Shown: positions 9,055 to 15,437, counted from the stretch's first letter. The stretch is 64,000 nucleotides of DNA from Candidatus Parcubacteria bacterium (GCA_027324805.1 DAHVRZ010000002.1:85658-149657), one strand, 5' to 3'. The notes: generated by a model not told the origin, from the sequence alone. Numbers and translations: made by a program.

Positions 9055-9468
9055 TTAGGCGTTCATAGCGCAAAATAACGACGGATCACGCTTTTCAAGG
9101 AGAGATATCCAGCGATGCTGTTTACGGATGCCGTTCGCCTTCCCTTCGGTAACGATACCCAACCGGCGTTGTGTTATAAATGGCAGATCTGCGACGACAG
9201 AGACTGTAAGCCACGCGAAAACTGCCAATAAAGCCAAAAATGTAAAAGCTAATGAACTTACAATGCCGAGCGATGCCCCAAGGAGCGCGTTGATATGTAT
9301 TGTCGCGAATTGGAATGGGTTCATGCCGTTCACGCATTGCTGGCTCCCGGGAATCGCCGCGAGGCAATTCGCATGATTGCCCGCTCCCATATTGGCCATC
9401 GCAAAGCCGCCCGCCACGAGGGCAAGGACGGCTGTTAGGATGACCATGGTTGCGAGCGCCGATTTCAT
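9055..9468 (-). CDS. Signal-peptide/TM protein with H-x2-C-x9-C; possible regulatory leader
   Basis: Starts 1 nt after the csoR stop; NHANC..QQC, TM, WISLLEKRDP near the C-terminus. Confidence 0.7.
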   Translation of the reverse strand: MKSALATMVILTAVLALVAGGFAMANMGAGNHANCLAAIPGSQQCVNGMNPFQFATIHINALLGASLGIVSSLAFTFLALLAVFAWLTVSVVADLPFITQRRLGIVTEGKANGIRKQHRWISLLEKRDPSLFCAMNA

Positions 9469-9469
9469 G

Positions 9470-9739
9470 CTATCTTCGTTGTGATAATTTATACACTTTC
9501 AAGATCTCGTCAGCGGCCTTTTTACCATGTCCTGCTTTCATCTGCATCGCTACGTGGGTAGCAAGATGATTCTCAAGGAGCAAGCCCTCAATGCCGGAAA
9601 GCGCCTGCTTGATAGCGGACGACTGCGTAATAACGTCAATACAGTACTTTTCCTCATCGATCATCTTTTCCAGGCCCTTGATCTGGCCTTTTACGATCTG
9701 TAATCGCCGCAGGGCTTTTTTCTTAATAACCTTATTCAT
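9470..9739 (-). CDS. csoR: CsoR/RcnR-family metal-sensing repressor
   Basis: RRLQIVKGQIKGLEKMI..YCIDVITQ..NHLATH. Confidence 0.92.
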   Translation of the reverse strand: MNKVIKKKALRRLQIVKGQIKGLEKMIDEEKYCIDVITQSSAIKQALSGIEGLLLENHLATHVAMQMKAGHGKKAADEILKVYKLSQRR

Positions 9740-9745
9740 ATCTTC

Positions 9746-9774
9746 ATGATACCCCTCTAGGGTATAAGTGTCAA
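9746..9774 (-). promoter_or_regulatory. Sigma70 promoter of the csoR operon with operator ATACCCCTCTAGGGTAT (9749-9765)
   Basis: TTGACA-17 nt-TATCAT-6 nt-ATG. Confidence 0.88.
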
Positions 9775-9813
9775 ATAAACCATCCATAATGATATCCATT
9801 CCCTATGGTAGGG

Positions 9814-9841
9814 TTGACAACATACCCCTGCGGGGTATCAT
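9814..9841 (+). promoter_or_regulatory. Divergent sigma70 promoter with operator ATACCCCTGCGGGGTAT (9822-9838)
   Basis: TTGACA-16 nt-TATCAT. Confidence 0.85.
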
Positions 9842-9904
9842 GGAGAGGTAAACGTATTGTGGATACATCAATAATAAAGGTCGTCAACGCAAAAGCAATT
9901 CATT

Positions 9905-10246
9905 ATGGAAGAACATACGCACGAATACGGTCATCACATATTGCTTCGCTGGGTACTCGGCATTCTTATTTTGGTCGTGGTCTTTTGGATGGGCGTCCAA
10001 GTGGGCGAGTTCAGAACCGCCTTCGGATACAGCTACGGAATGTGGCCGGGCATGATGGGGAATAATTACTACGGTGCCACTCCTTATCCTTATGGCTATC
10101 CGATGATGGGAGGATATTATTATGGAGGCCAGACTGCGGGTCCGTCCCAATCTACGACAACCACCGCGCCGACTTACTATTACGGCCCTGGCGGTATGAT
10201 GCAGGGGTATTATCAGAACGCACCACAAACGACCAGCGCAAAGTAG
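9905..10246 (+). CDS. Single-TM Tyr/Gly/Met-rich protein
   Basis: N-terminal His cluster, TM, repeated GMM/YYG/PMM motifs; downstream of the operator-bearing promoter. Confidence 0.75.
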   Translation: MEEHTHEYGHHILLRWVLGILILVVVFWMGVQVGEFRTAFGYSYGMWPGMMGNNYYGATPYPYGYPMMGGYYYGGQTAGPSQSTTTTAPTYYYGPGGMMQGYYQNAPQTTSAK

Positions 10247-10315
10247 CCAGCGATAAAAGAAACCGTACCGGACATTTTATCCGATACCCGCTATGCTTAT
10301 ATCTGGGCGGCAAGC

Positions 10316-10344
10316 AAAAATCCCGCGATGAGCGGGCATTTTTG
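10316..10344. terminator. Bidirectional terminator between convergent genes
   Basis: CAAAAATCCCGC-GATGA-GCGGGCATTTTT. Confidence 0.6.
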
Positions 10345-10353
10345 TTCCTAATT

Positions 10354-10569
10354 TTATTCAATTCCCATCTTATCCAAGATGTGCGCCTCGATTTGGCGTA
10401 TCCGTTCCCTCGTAACTCCGAACGCCCTGCCGGTCTCTTCAAGGGTTCTCGATCGTCCGTCCGCAATGCCGAACCGCAACTCGAAAATCTGCATCTCCCG
10501 CGGGGTTAATTTCAGGACCTTCTTCATAGCCTTATATCGTTCAATGACGGCATCACGATCCCGTTTCAT
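10354..10569 (-). CDS. Stand-alone sigma70 region-4 HTH protein
   Basis: [42 protein letters not shown]. Confidence 0.85.
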   Translation of the reverse strand: MKRDRDAVIERYKAMKKVLKLTPREMQIFELRFGIADGRSRTLEETGRAFGVTRERIRQIEAHILDKMGIE

Positions 10570-10597
10570 ATTGTTTATCATTATAGATTTATTTTAA

Positions 10598-10648
10598 AAA
10601 TTGGCTACTTTCTAACTACATCCAATAGCATCCGAAAGTAGCCAATTT
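10598..10648. repeat. Perfect 15-bp inverted repeat with 21-nt loop
   Basis: AAATTGGCTACTTTC ... GAAAGTAGCCAATTT. Confidence 0.85.
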
Positions 10649-11636
10649 ATCCGCCAACGTCCCGTATCGCTCTCATCACTTCCGCCGCCACCTGCGGCAC
10701 AATGGCATTGCCCAAGGCTTTGATTCGCTCTACTCGGTGCTGTTTTACGGTGAGCTCGCATCCGTCCAGCCGGGCGGGAAGCCCATCATCCACTCGACAA
10801 AGATCGGTTGCAGCTTCAAGCCAGTCCGACCCTGCACCACCTCGCCAAAATTTGATTTTCCCCGGTCCGTATAGGAAGCCCTGCTGTCCTGCGCTTTGGG
10901 CGTAGGCAGGATTTCGTAGAGCCGCGGCAATATTTGCCCGAGCCGCGCGCCGTGCCGATCGCCAGTCCTCTTTGACTGCCGGAAAAATTGTCCGTTCCCG
11001 TAATGAACGGTCTTCGTGTATTCCGCGCCAACAACCTCGCTTGCGACCGGCGTGGGAAGCATCGTGGGCAACGATCCAGACCCGATCCCTCCGGTGCGGG
11101 GCTTCGACGGCACAAGCTGGAATAACAAACGATTGGACTTCGTAGTTTTGATCTTCCAGGTCAGATAGCACTTGGTCGAGCGCCAGGTTGATGATGCCAG
11201 CAACGTTCTCGCCAATGATCCAATGGGGCCGCGTTTCTTTGATAACTCTGAGCATTTCAGGCCAGAGATAACGGTCATCCAGTTTGCCTCGGCGCTTTCC
11301 GGCGAAACTGAAAGGCTGGCAAGGAAAGCCACCCGTGAGGAGGTCAAGTTGATAGCCTGCGGCAAGTTTATGCTGTGCTTGCTCCCCTTTTTCATTTGAG
11401 AGCTTTTGAGATTCGGTGTGAAGCTGTCCGACGCTGTGGGCGTCGGCAACAAGTCGTTCGATTGATAACTCCCTGATGTCATTGTAGATTTTCGCATGTT
11501 TGAAATTCTTTTTTATTATTGCTTGGCAGAATTTGTTGTTATCACAGAATCCGACGTTCTCATACTTGTCGCCCCACACCCATTGCGCGGCGAGTGCAAA
11601 TCCGCCGATGCCGGAAAAAAGATCGAGGTGTTTCAT
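10647..11636 (-). CDS. DNA (cytosine-5)-methyltransferase, large (alpha) polypeptide
   Basis: Motif I FSGIGG, IV GFPCQPFS, VI ENV, VIII HRRDRVWIV, X LGNAIVP; no motif IX in this frame. Confidence 0.92.
   Translation of the reverse strand: MKHLDLFSGIGGFALAAQWVWGDKYENVGFCDNNKFCQAIIKKNFKHAKIYNDIRELSIERLVADAHSVGQLHTESQKLSNEKGEQAQHKLAAGYQLDLLTGGFPCQPFSFAGKRRGKLDDRYLWPEMLRVIKETRPHWIIGENVAGIINLALDQVLSDLEDQNYEVQSFVIPACAVEAPHRRDRVWIVAHDASHAGRKRGCWRGIHEDRSLRERTIFPAVKEDWRSARRAARANIAAALRNPAYAQSAGQQGFLYGPGKIKFWRGGAGSDWLEAATDLCRVDDGLPARLDGCELTVKQHRVERIKALGNAIVPQVAAEVMRAIRDVGG
10745..11497 (-). CDS. Nested alternative-frame (beta) polypeptide of the C5-MTase
   Basis: 250-codon open frame inside the MTase gene; three LPTP repeats and motif IX-like LQPIFVEWMMGFPPGWT; start uncertain. 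Confidence 0.72.
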   Translation of the reverse strand: MRKSTMTSGSYQSNDLLPTPTASDSFTPNLKSSQMKKGSKHSINLPQAINLTSSRVAFLASLSVSPESAEANWMTVISGLKCSELSKKRGPIGSLARTLLASSTWRSTKCYLTWKIKTTKSNRLLFQLVPSKPRTGGIGSGSLPTMLPTPVASEVVGAEYTKTVHYGNGQFFRQSKRTGDRHGARLGQILPRLYEILPTPKAQDSRASYTDRGKSNFGEVVQGRTGLKLQPIFVEWMMGFPPGWTDASSP

Positions 11637-11637
11637 G

Positions 11638-11901
11638 TCATGTGATGCCCGGGATCTTGCTGTAGACCCACCGCACGACTTTGTAGCTGAAATAGCCCGC
11701 TTCGATCACGAGCACGATCCCGAACGTGATAAACAGCTCCGGTATGGGCAGAAAGATGTCGAACAGCGCGAGGTAGTTCCCCGCCTGCGTAAGTGTACCC
11801 GCGAGATTGACGGAAAGCGTCGCCACGGGCAATAGCGTGAGCGGGGCCGTGATGAGCTGGATGAGATATATGAAAATCTGTAGAAGCCAGTAGATGATCA
11901 T
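11638..11901 (-). CDS. Inovirus pVI-like hydrophobic minor coat protein
   Basis: 87 aa, hydrophobic, ends YKVVRWVYSKIPG; ATGA-coupled to the pIII-like gene. Confidence 0.7.
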   Translation of the reverse strand: MIIYWLLQIFIYLIQLITAPLTLLPVATLSVNLAGTLTQAGNYLALFDIFLPIPELFITFGIVLVIEAGYFSYKVVRWVYSKIPGIT

Positions 11902-13226
11902 AGCGTGATGTGTTGCACGAAGCGCAATATCCAGAATCCAAGCATGAGGATCAGCATGAAGGATATTCCTGCCCTCAGCGGATCGAGCACCGACGAAAAG
12001 GCGGCGTAGGTGGTCGTACTCATGAGCGTGCTCGTGTTTGTACCTTCCTGAAAGTCCTGGAACGCCGTAATAATGATCTTCGCGTAGCCGAACGGTATCC
12101 GGTTGCCGAGATTGCCCCAGATTCCGTTGAAGGAATCAAAAAGGGCCGCCTGCTCCGACGTGTTCGGAATAAAGAGATTGCACCCTGCTTGTTCGAGATT
12201 GCCCACCGGATCATTAAGGAAGGTCGAGGTGGTGAATTGGCAGTTTGCGGGCGTCGAGGACGTTTCCCCGCCGCCGAAATTGAACATGCCATTAGGAAAT
12301 GGCGCAAAGGCGGGCGCGTTGTTGCTGATCGTGAAGCTGATGACCGACCCCGTGATGTCGAAATTCGTCGAGGTGTTCGCCACTTCGAGATCGGCGTACC
12401 ACACGCTCGAACTCGGCCCCTGCGGAGTGAGGAATTGGTAGGTTTGTGGAATCTTGAGCTCGGTGTCCGTGCCGGGCGGAAGATCGGTGTAGGTGGTCGA
12501 TGCGGCGAGCGTAAGGTTGCCCGGACCCGTGCCGAAGTGGACGGTTACGACCCCGCTCTGAGTGCTCGTCGAATTGTTCGAGAGATAAAAATCCCAATTC
12601 GGGAATTGCCCGATCACCGCGCCATCGAAAGGCTGGAGGAACACAGGCTGCACGAGTTCCTGGATGGAGTTCACGTAGAAGATCTGCCAGTAGGTGCTGC
12701 CGTCGGTCGGCAATGATTCTCCCACGCCACAGGTATAGCCGTTGTAATAGAAAAAAGTGAGATAGATCGGCGTCGCCTGGGTAATGCTCAAAGTCGGCAC
12801 GAATGAATTGGAATTGGCATTCCATACCGTGCTCATCGGGCCGTACGTGTTGCCGTACGGCGCCTGGCTCGCTCCCGCATAGCTGCTGCCGAAACCGCCC
12901 GCGCATCCGCCGCCCGTACCCACACCGCCATGCGTGAGGACGTGCCCGCCGGCCGACCATCCGGCATACGGGCCGTTGTAACTGAGCTCCGGATCGGTGC
13001 TTGTCCCATTGATCGAGACCATGATGCCACCGGGCAGGTCGTACCCGCCGAAGCCGAGCTGCACCTTGTGCCAGTCGATCACGAGGTTGCCGTTCTGGTC
13101 GAGGTAGATCGAATCGGGCTGGACGTAGGTCGAGGGCGCCGTGATGCTGAACGCGAGCGCGTCATGCGACGAGAATATGAAAATGCCGAGGAGCGCGGCG
13201 AGGCCGACAAAAATATATTTCTTCAT
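11898..13226 (-). CDS. Inovirus pIII-like attachment protein
   Basis: Signal peptide, Gly/Ser/Thr-rich beta ectodomain with Cys pairs, IPFGY motif, C-terminal TM anchor. Confidence 0.7.
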   Translation of the reverse strand: MKKYIFVGLAALLGIFIFSSHDALAFSITAPSTYVQPDSIYLDQNGNLVIDWHKVQLGFGGYDLPGGIMVSINGTSTDPELSYNGPYAGWSAGGHVLTHGGVGTGGGCAGGFGSSYAGASQAPYGNTYGPMSTVWNANSNSFVPTLSITQATPIYLTFFYYNGYTCGVGESLPTDGSTYWQIFYVNSIQELVQPVFLQPFDGAVIGQFPNWDFYLSNNSTSTQSGVVTVHFGTGPGNLTLAASTTYTDLPPGTDTELKIPQTYQFLTPQGPSSSVWYADLEVANTSTNFDITGSVISFTISNNAPAFAPFPNGMFNFGGGETSSTPANCQFTTSTFLNDPVGNLEQAGCNLFIPNTSEQAALFDSFNGIWGNLGNRIPFGYAKIIITAFQDFQEGTNTSTLMSTTTYAAFSSVLDPLRAGISFMLILMLGFWILRFVQHITL

Positions 13227-13254
13227 GGTGGTGGGCGGGGAAATTCCATGTTTG

Positions 13255-13500
13255 TTATTGCCCGCGGTGGCGGATCGCGCTGATCACGAATTCGACGACG
13301 ACGAGCGCGAGAAGGACGCCGATGATGAGCGACATGTACCCCTCAAGGCTCGTGAGAAGCGCGGTCGCTTGGGCGAGAATGTCGCCCGTGAGGTTGGACG
13401 GAAGCACGATGGTGTCGCTCGCCGTTTGCGCAAAAACGAAAGCAGGCGCAAAAAAGGCCAGCGAAACCAGCGATGAAACTGTGATAAATATTTTCTTCAT
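13255..13500 (-). CDS. Major-coat (pVIII)-like protein 2
   Basis: Signal peptide ending VFA, amphipathic helix, TM, basic tail IRHRGQ. Confidence 0.7.
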   Translation of the reverse strand: MKKIFITVSSLVSLAFFAPAFVFAQTASDTIVLPSNLTGDILAQATALLTSLEGYMSLIIGVLLALVVVEFVISAIRHRGQ

Positions 13501-13572
13501 GCGCATACGTGAAGGGACGCCTCACTGCATCCCCTCGCCTATGGGCTCTAGGTAGGGCGGCAAAACCGATAC

Positions 13573-13845
13573 CTAGTGAGCGCGGGCTCGCGACTTCGGC
13601 AACAAGCCGATGACCTGCTTCGCGAAGTAGAACACGAGCGGGATCGCTGCGGCGACCACGACGAGGCCTAAAATGCCCTGATCCGTGAAGATGTTGGACA
13701 CCGAGGCCAGGAGGTCCGTAACCGTCGAGGACGGCACCGTCAACGCTCCCGCCGGGATCGACTGCGCGTGCGCGGCCGCGACGGCAACGATGCCGAGGAT
13801 GGTAGCGCCTGCGCCAGAAACCCACATGGAAATTTTCTTGACCAT
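13573..13845 (-). CDS. Major-coat (pVIII)-like protein 1
   Basis: Signal peptide ending AHA, amphipathic helix, TM, basic tail KSRARAH; followed by hairpins. Confidence 0.72.
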   Translation of the reverse strand: MVKKISMWVSGAGATILGIVAVAAAHAQSIPAGALTVPSSTVTDLLASVSNIFTDQGILGLVVVAAAIPLVFYFAKQVIGLLPKSRARAH

Positions 13846-13885
13846 GGTTGTGTTAATTGGTTTATATTTGCGACCTTTATTTTTC

Positions 13886-14011
13886 TCATAGCCAGATGTC
13901 AATGAAAGTGAAGAAGAACGCGTGCAGCGTCGTCGCTGCGAACAGGAGCAAAATCCACGAGGGATTCACCACCTGCGACCACGCGAGGAATATTTGATCG
14001 AGCGGCTGCAT
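13886..14011 (-). CDS. 41-aa single-TM protein (pIX-like)
   Basis: Read manually: MQPLDQIFLAWSQVVNPSWILLLFAATTLHAFFFTFIDIWL; TGATG coupling to the upstream ORF. Confidence 0.6.
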   Translation of the reverse strand: MQPLDQIFLAWSQVVNPSWILLLFAATTLHAFFFTFIDIWL

Positions 14012-14166
14012 CAGTGATTGAACCCGTCATTTTTGACCACGACCTTGAGCCACTTGTCTCCCGTGATACCGAGGAATATCCCCACCACGCCGTCAACGAG
14101 CGCCACGATGCAGAAATCGAGGGCGAACGTGAGCAGGATAAGTGCGATGAAATACTGGAAGGTCAT
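14011..14166 (-). CDS. 51-aa TM protein (pVII-like)
   Basis: Read manually: MTFQYFIALILLTFALDFCIVALVDGVVGIFLGITGDKWLKVVVKNDGFNH; ATGA coupling. Confidence 0.6.
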   Translation of the reverse strand: MTFQYFIALILLTFALDFCIVALVDGVVGIFLGITGDKWLKVVVKNDGFNH

Positions 14167-14327
14167 GCGGGTTGAATATGGTTATGGTCGTCGTCAATCG
14201 GCTCGTAGTGATAATCGTCATCTCCGTCATCGTCGGCATTTTCGTCAACCGACCAGATGAGCGCGAACATGACGAGCATGAGAGAAAGCGCGCCGGACCA
14301 GAAGCCGTTGAAAAAATCCCAATTCAT
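14163..14327 (-). CDS. 54-aa TM protein with acidic tail
   Basis: MNWDFFNGFWSGALSLMLVMFALIW then DENADDDGDDD; ATGA coupling on both sides. Confidence 0.6.
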   Translation of the reverse strand: MNWDFFNGFWSGALSLMLVMFALIWSVDENADDDGDDDYHYEPIDDDHNHIQPA

Positions 14328-14467
14328 TTTCCAAGTAATTTTTGCCACCAGGACTTTTTCGGCGGGACGTAGAATCCCATCGGGCGCGGCGGGCGCTTGA
14401 GCGCCGCGAGGCGCTTTGCGAGCCAGTACAAGATGACGAAACCGATGATGGTAAGGATAGGTGTCAT
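14324..14467 (-). CDS. 47-aa TM protein with basic tail
   Basis: Read manually: MTPILTIIGFVILYWLAKRLAALKRPPRPMGFYVPPKKSWWQKLLGK. Confidence 0.6.
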   Translation of the reverse strand: MTPILTIIGFVILYWLAKRLAALKRPPRPMGFYVPPKKSWWQKLLGK

Positions 14468-14476
14468 GGTGGTGAT

Positions 14477-14638
14477 CTAATCTTCTTCGTCATCAATTTC
14501 CTCATCGTCTTCGTCGTCATCATCCAGATCGTCTTCGACATCGCCCAATTCATCGCCATATCCTTCATGGCAATGGCAGTTGCAAATATCCGGGCCATCA
14601 CAGAAATCGGGGTTGGAACAAATTGAGCAGACGATCAT
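14477..14638 (-). CDS. 53-aa Cys-rich, extremely acidic protein
   Basis: Read manually: MIVCSICSNPDFCDGPDICNCHCHEGYGDELGDVEDDLDDDDEDDEEIDDEED. Confidence 0.6.
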   Translation of the reverse strand: MIVCSICSNPDFCDGPDICNCHCHEGYGDELGDVEDDLDDDDEDDEEIDDEED

Positions 14639-14684
14639 GATTCCATTTTGAAGCGGTCGTTAAAAAGTTTCCGCGGGGCCAAAG

Positions 14685-14852
14685 TGTGCATAACTGCCGA
14701 AAAGGAATTTATCCACACTTTGGCATTGGAAACAAAAACCGAAAGGGGCAAATATAAATACAGACTACACAGAAAGGAAGACGAGGAACTACAGAAAAAC
14801 GAGGAAGGGGCAAATCTTAATTAATTAAGAAATTAATTATATATTTGCCCCT
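14685..14852. promoter_or_regulatory. Origin/operator-like non-coding region
   Basis: DnaA-box-like TGTGCATAA (14685) and TTATCCACA (14709); AGGGGCAAAT x3; 16-bp palindrome TCTTAATTAATTAAGA. Confidence 0.55.
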
Positions 14853-14862
14853 ATACAAGATA

Positions 14863-14900
14863 AAGAAAAATCCGCCTGATATGGACAGGCGGATTTTCTT
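14863..14900. terminator. Terminator hairpin downstream of the wHTH gene
   Basis: AAAATCCGCCTG-7 nt-CAGGCGGATTTT. Confidence 0.7.
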
Positions 14901-14911
14901 GGAGCGTACCG

Positions 14912-15223
14912 TTAAAACTTGATCCGGTAGTAGGTCGCCTTCTTGAAAAAGCCTGATCCTTTTTTTGGATCTTTGAAGGTCGTTGTCCATTGCTGCAAAA
15001 ATCCTTTTTTGACGAGGATATTTTTTGCGATTCGGGCACCTTTGTAACTCATCCCAAGTTTCAATGCTATTTTCTGGAGCTCGACAATTTTTGGCACGCG
15101 GATGTTACCGATCTCCTCGACGAACGCCTGGTATACGCGCGTTTGCCTATCCGTGAGCCGCCGCAGTAGCACGGATCGCGTGGCCGCGCTCGACACTTCG
15201 CCGAGAGGGATAAATCCTTCCAT
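14912..15223 (-). CDS. Winged-helix DNA-binding protein
   Basis: LTDRQTRVY..IALKLGMSYKGARIAKNILVKKGFL, followed by a beta wing ending YYRIKF. Confidence 0.7.
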   Translation of the reverse strand: MEGFIPLGEVSSAATRSVLLRRLTDRQTRVYQAFVEEIGNIRVPKIVELQKIALKLGMSYKGARIAKNILVKKGFLQQWTTTFKDPKKGSGFFKKATYYRIKF

Positions 15224-15371
15224 GATTTTTTGGCGTTATCGCCCTTGCACACGCACGACAAAGGATGGGGATCAGCTCCCCCTCTCTGCCGAAGTGATAA
15301 ATCTTGCGACACCGACGATCGCATCGCGCGCATGTTTCCCAACGGGAAAATCGTTTTCTGTCCTTTTGCAT
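15147..15371 (-). CDS. Possible zinc-ribbon protein
   Basis: CARC..CRAC; overlaps the wHTH gene by 77 nt, so doubtful. Confidence 0.4.
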   Translation of the reverse strand: MQKDRKRFSRWETCARCDRRCRKIYHFGREGELIPILCRACARAITPKNHGRIYPSRRSVERGHAIRATAAAHG

Positions 15372-15410
15372 CTCATAGGGGCGATTATTTTTCCGACCTT
15401 TGGATGCAAC

Positions 15411-15437
15411 AAAAAACCAGTCAGTAATGACTGGTTT
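15411..15437 (-). terminator. rplK terminator
   Basis: Minus strand AAACCAGTCA-TTAC-TGACTGGTTTTTT. Confidence 0.7.

Larger units (their letters stand above)
10354..15400 (-). mobile_element. Inovirus-like (filamentous phage-like) integrated element lacking pI/Zot; boundaries approximate
   Basis: Co-directional run of tiny TM ORFs, coat-like proteins, pIII-like and pVI-like genes in canonical order, phage-type MTase; no att sites seen. Confidence 0.65.

Noticed and set aside
10647-11636. Restriction-modification system
   Set aside because: No endonuclease-like ORF is adjacent; treated as an orphan MTase
14761-14810. Short purine-rich repeats as a CRISPR array
   Set aside because: Repeats are only 8-10 bp, irregularly spaced, and there are no cas genes
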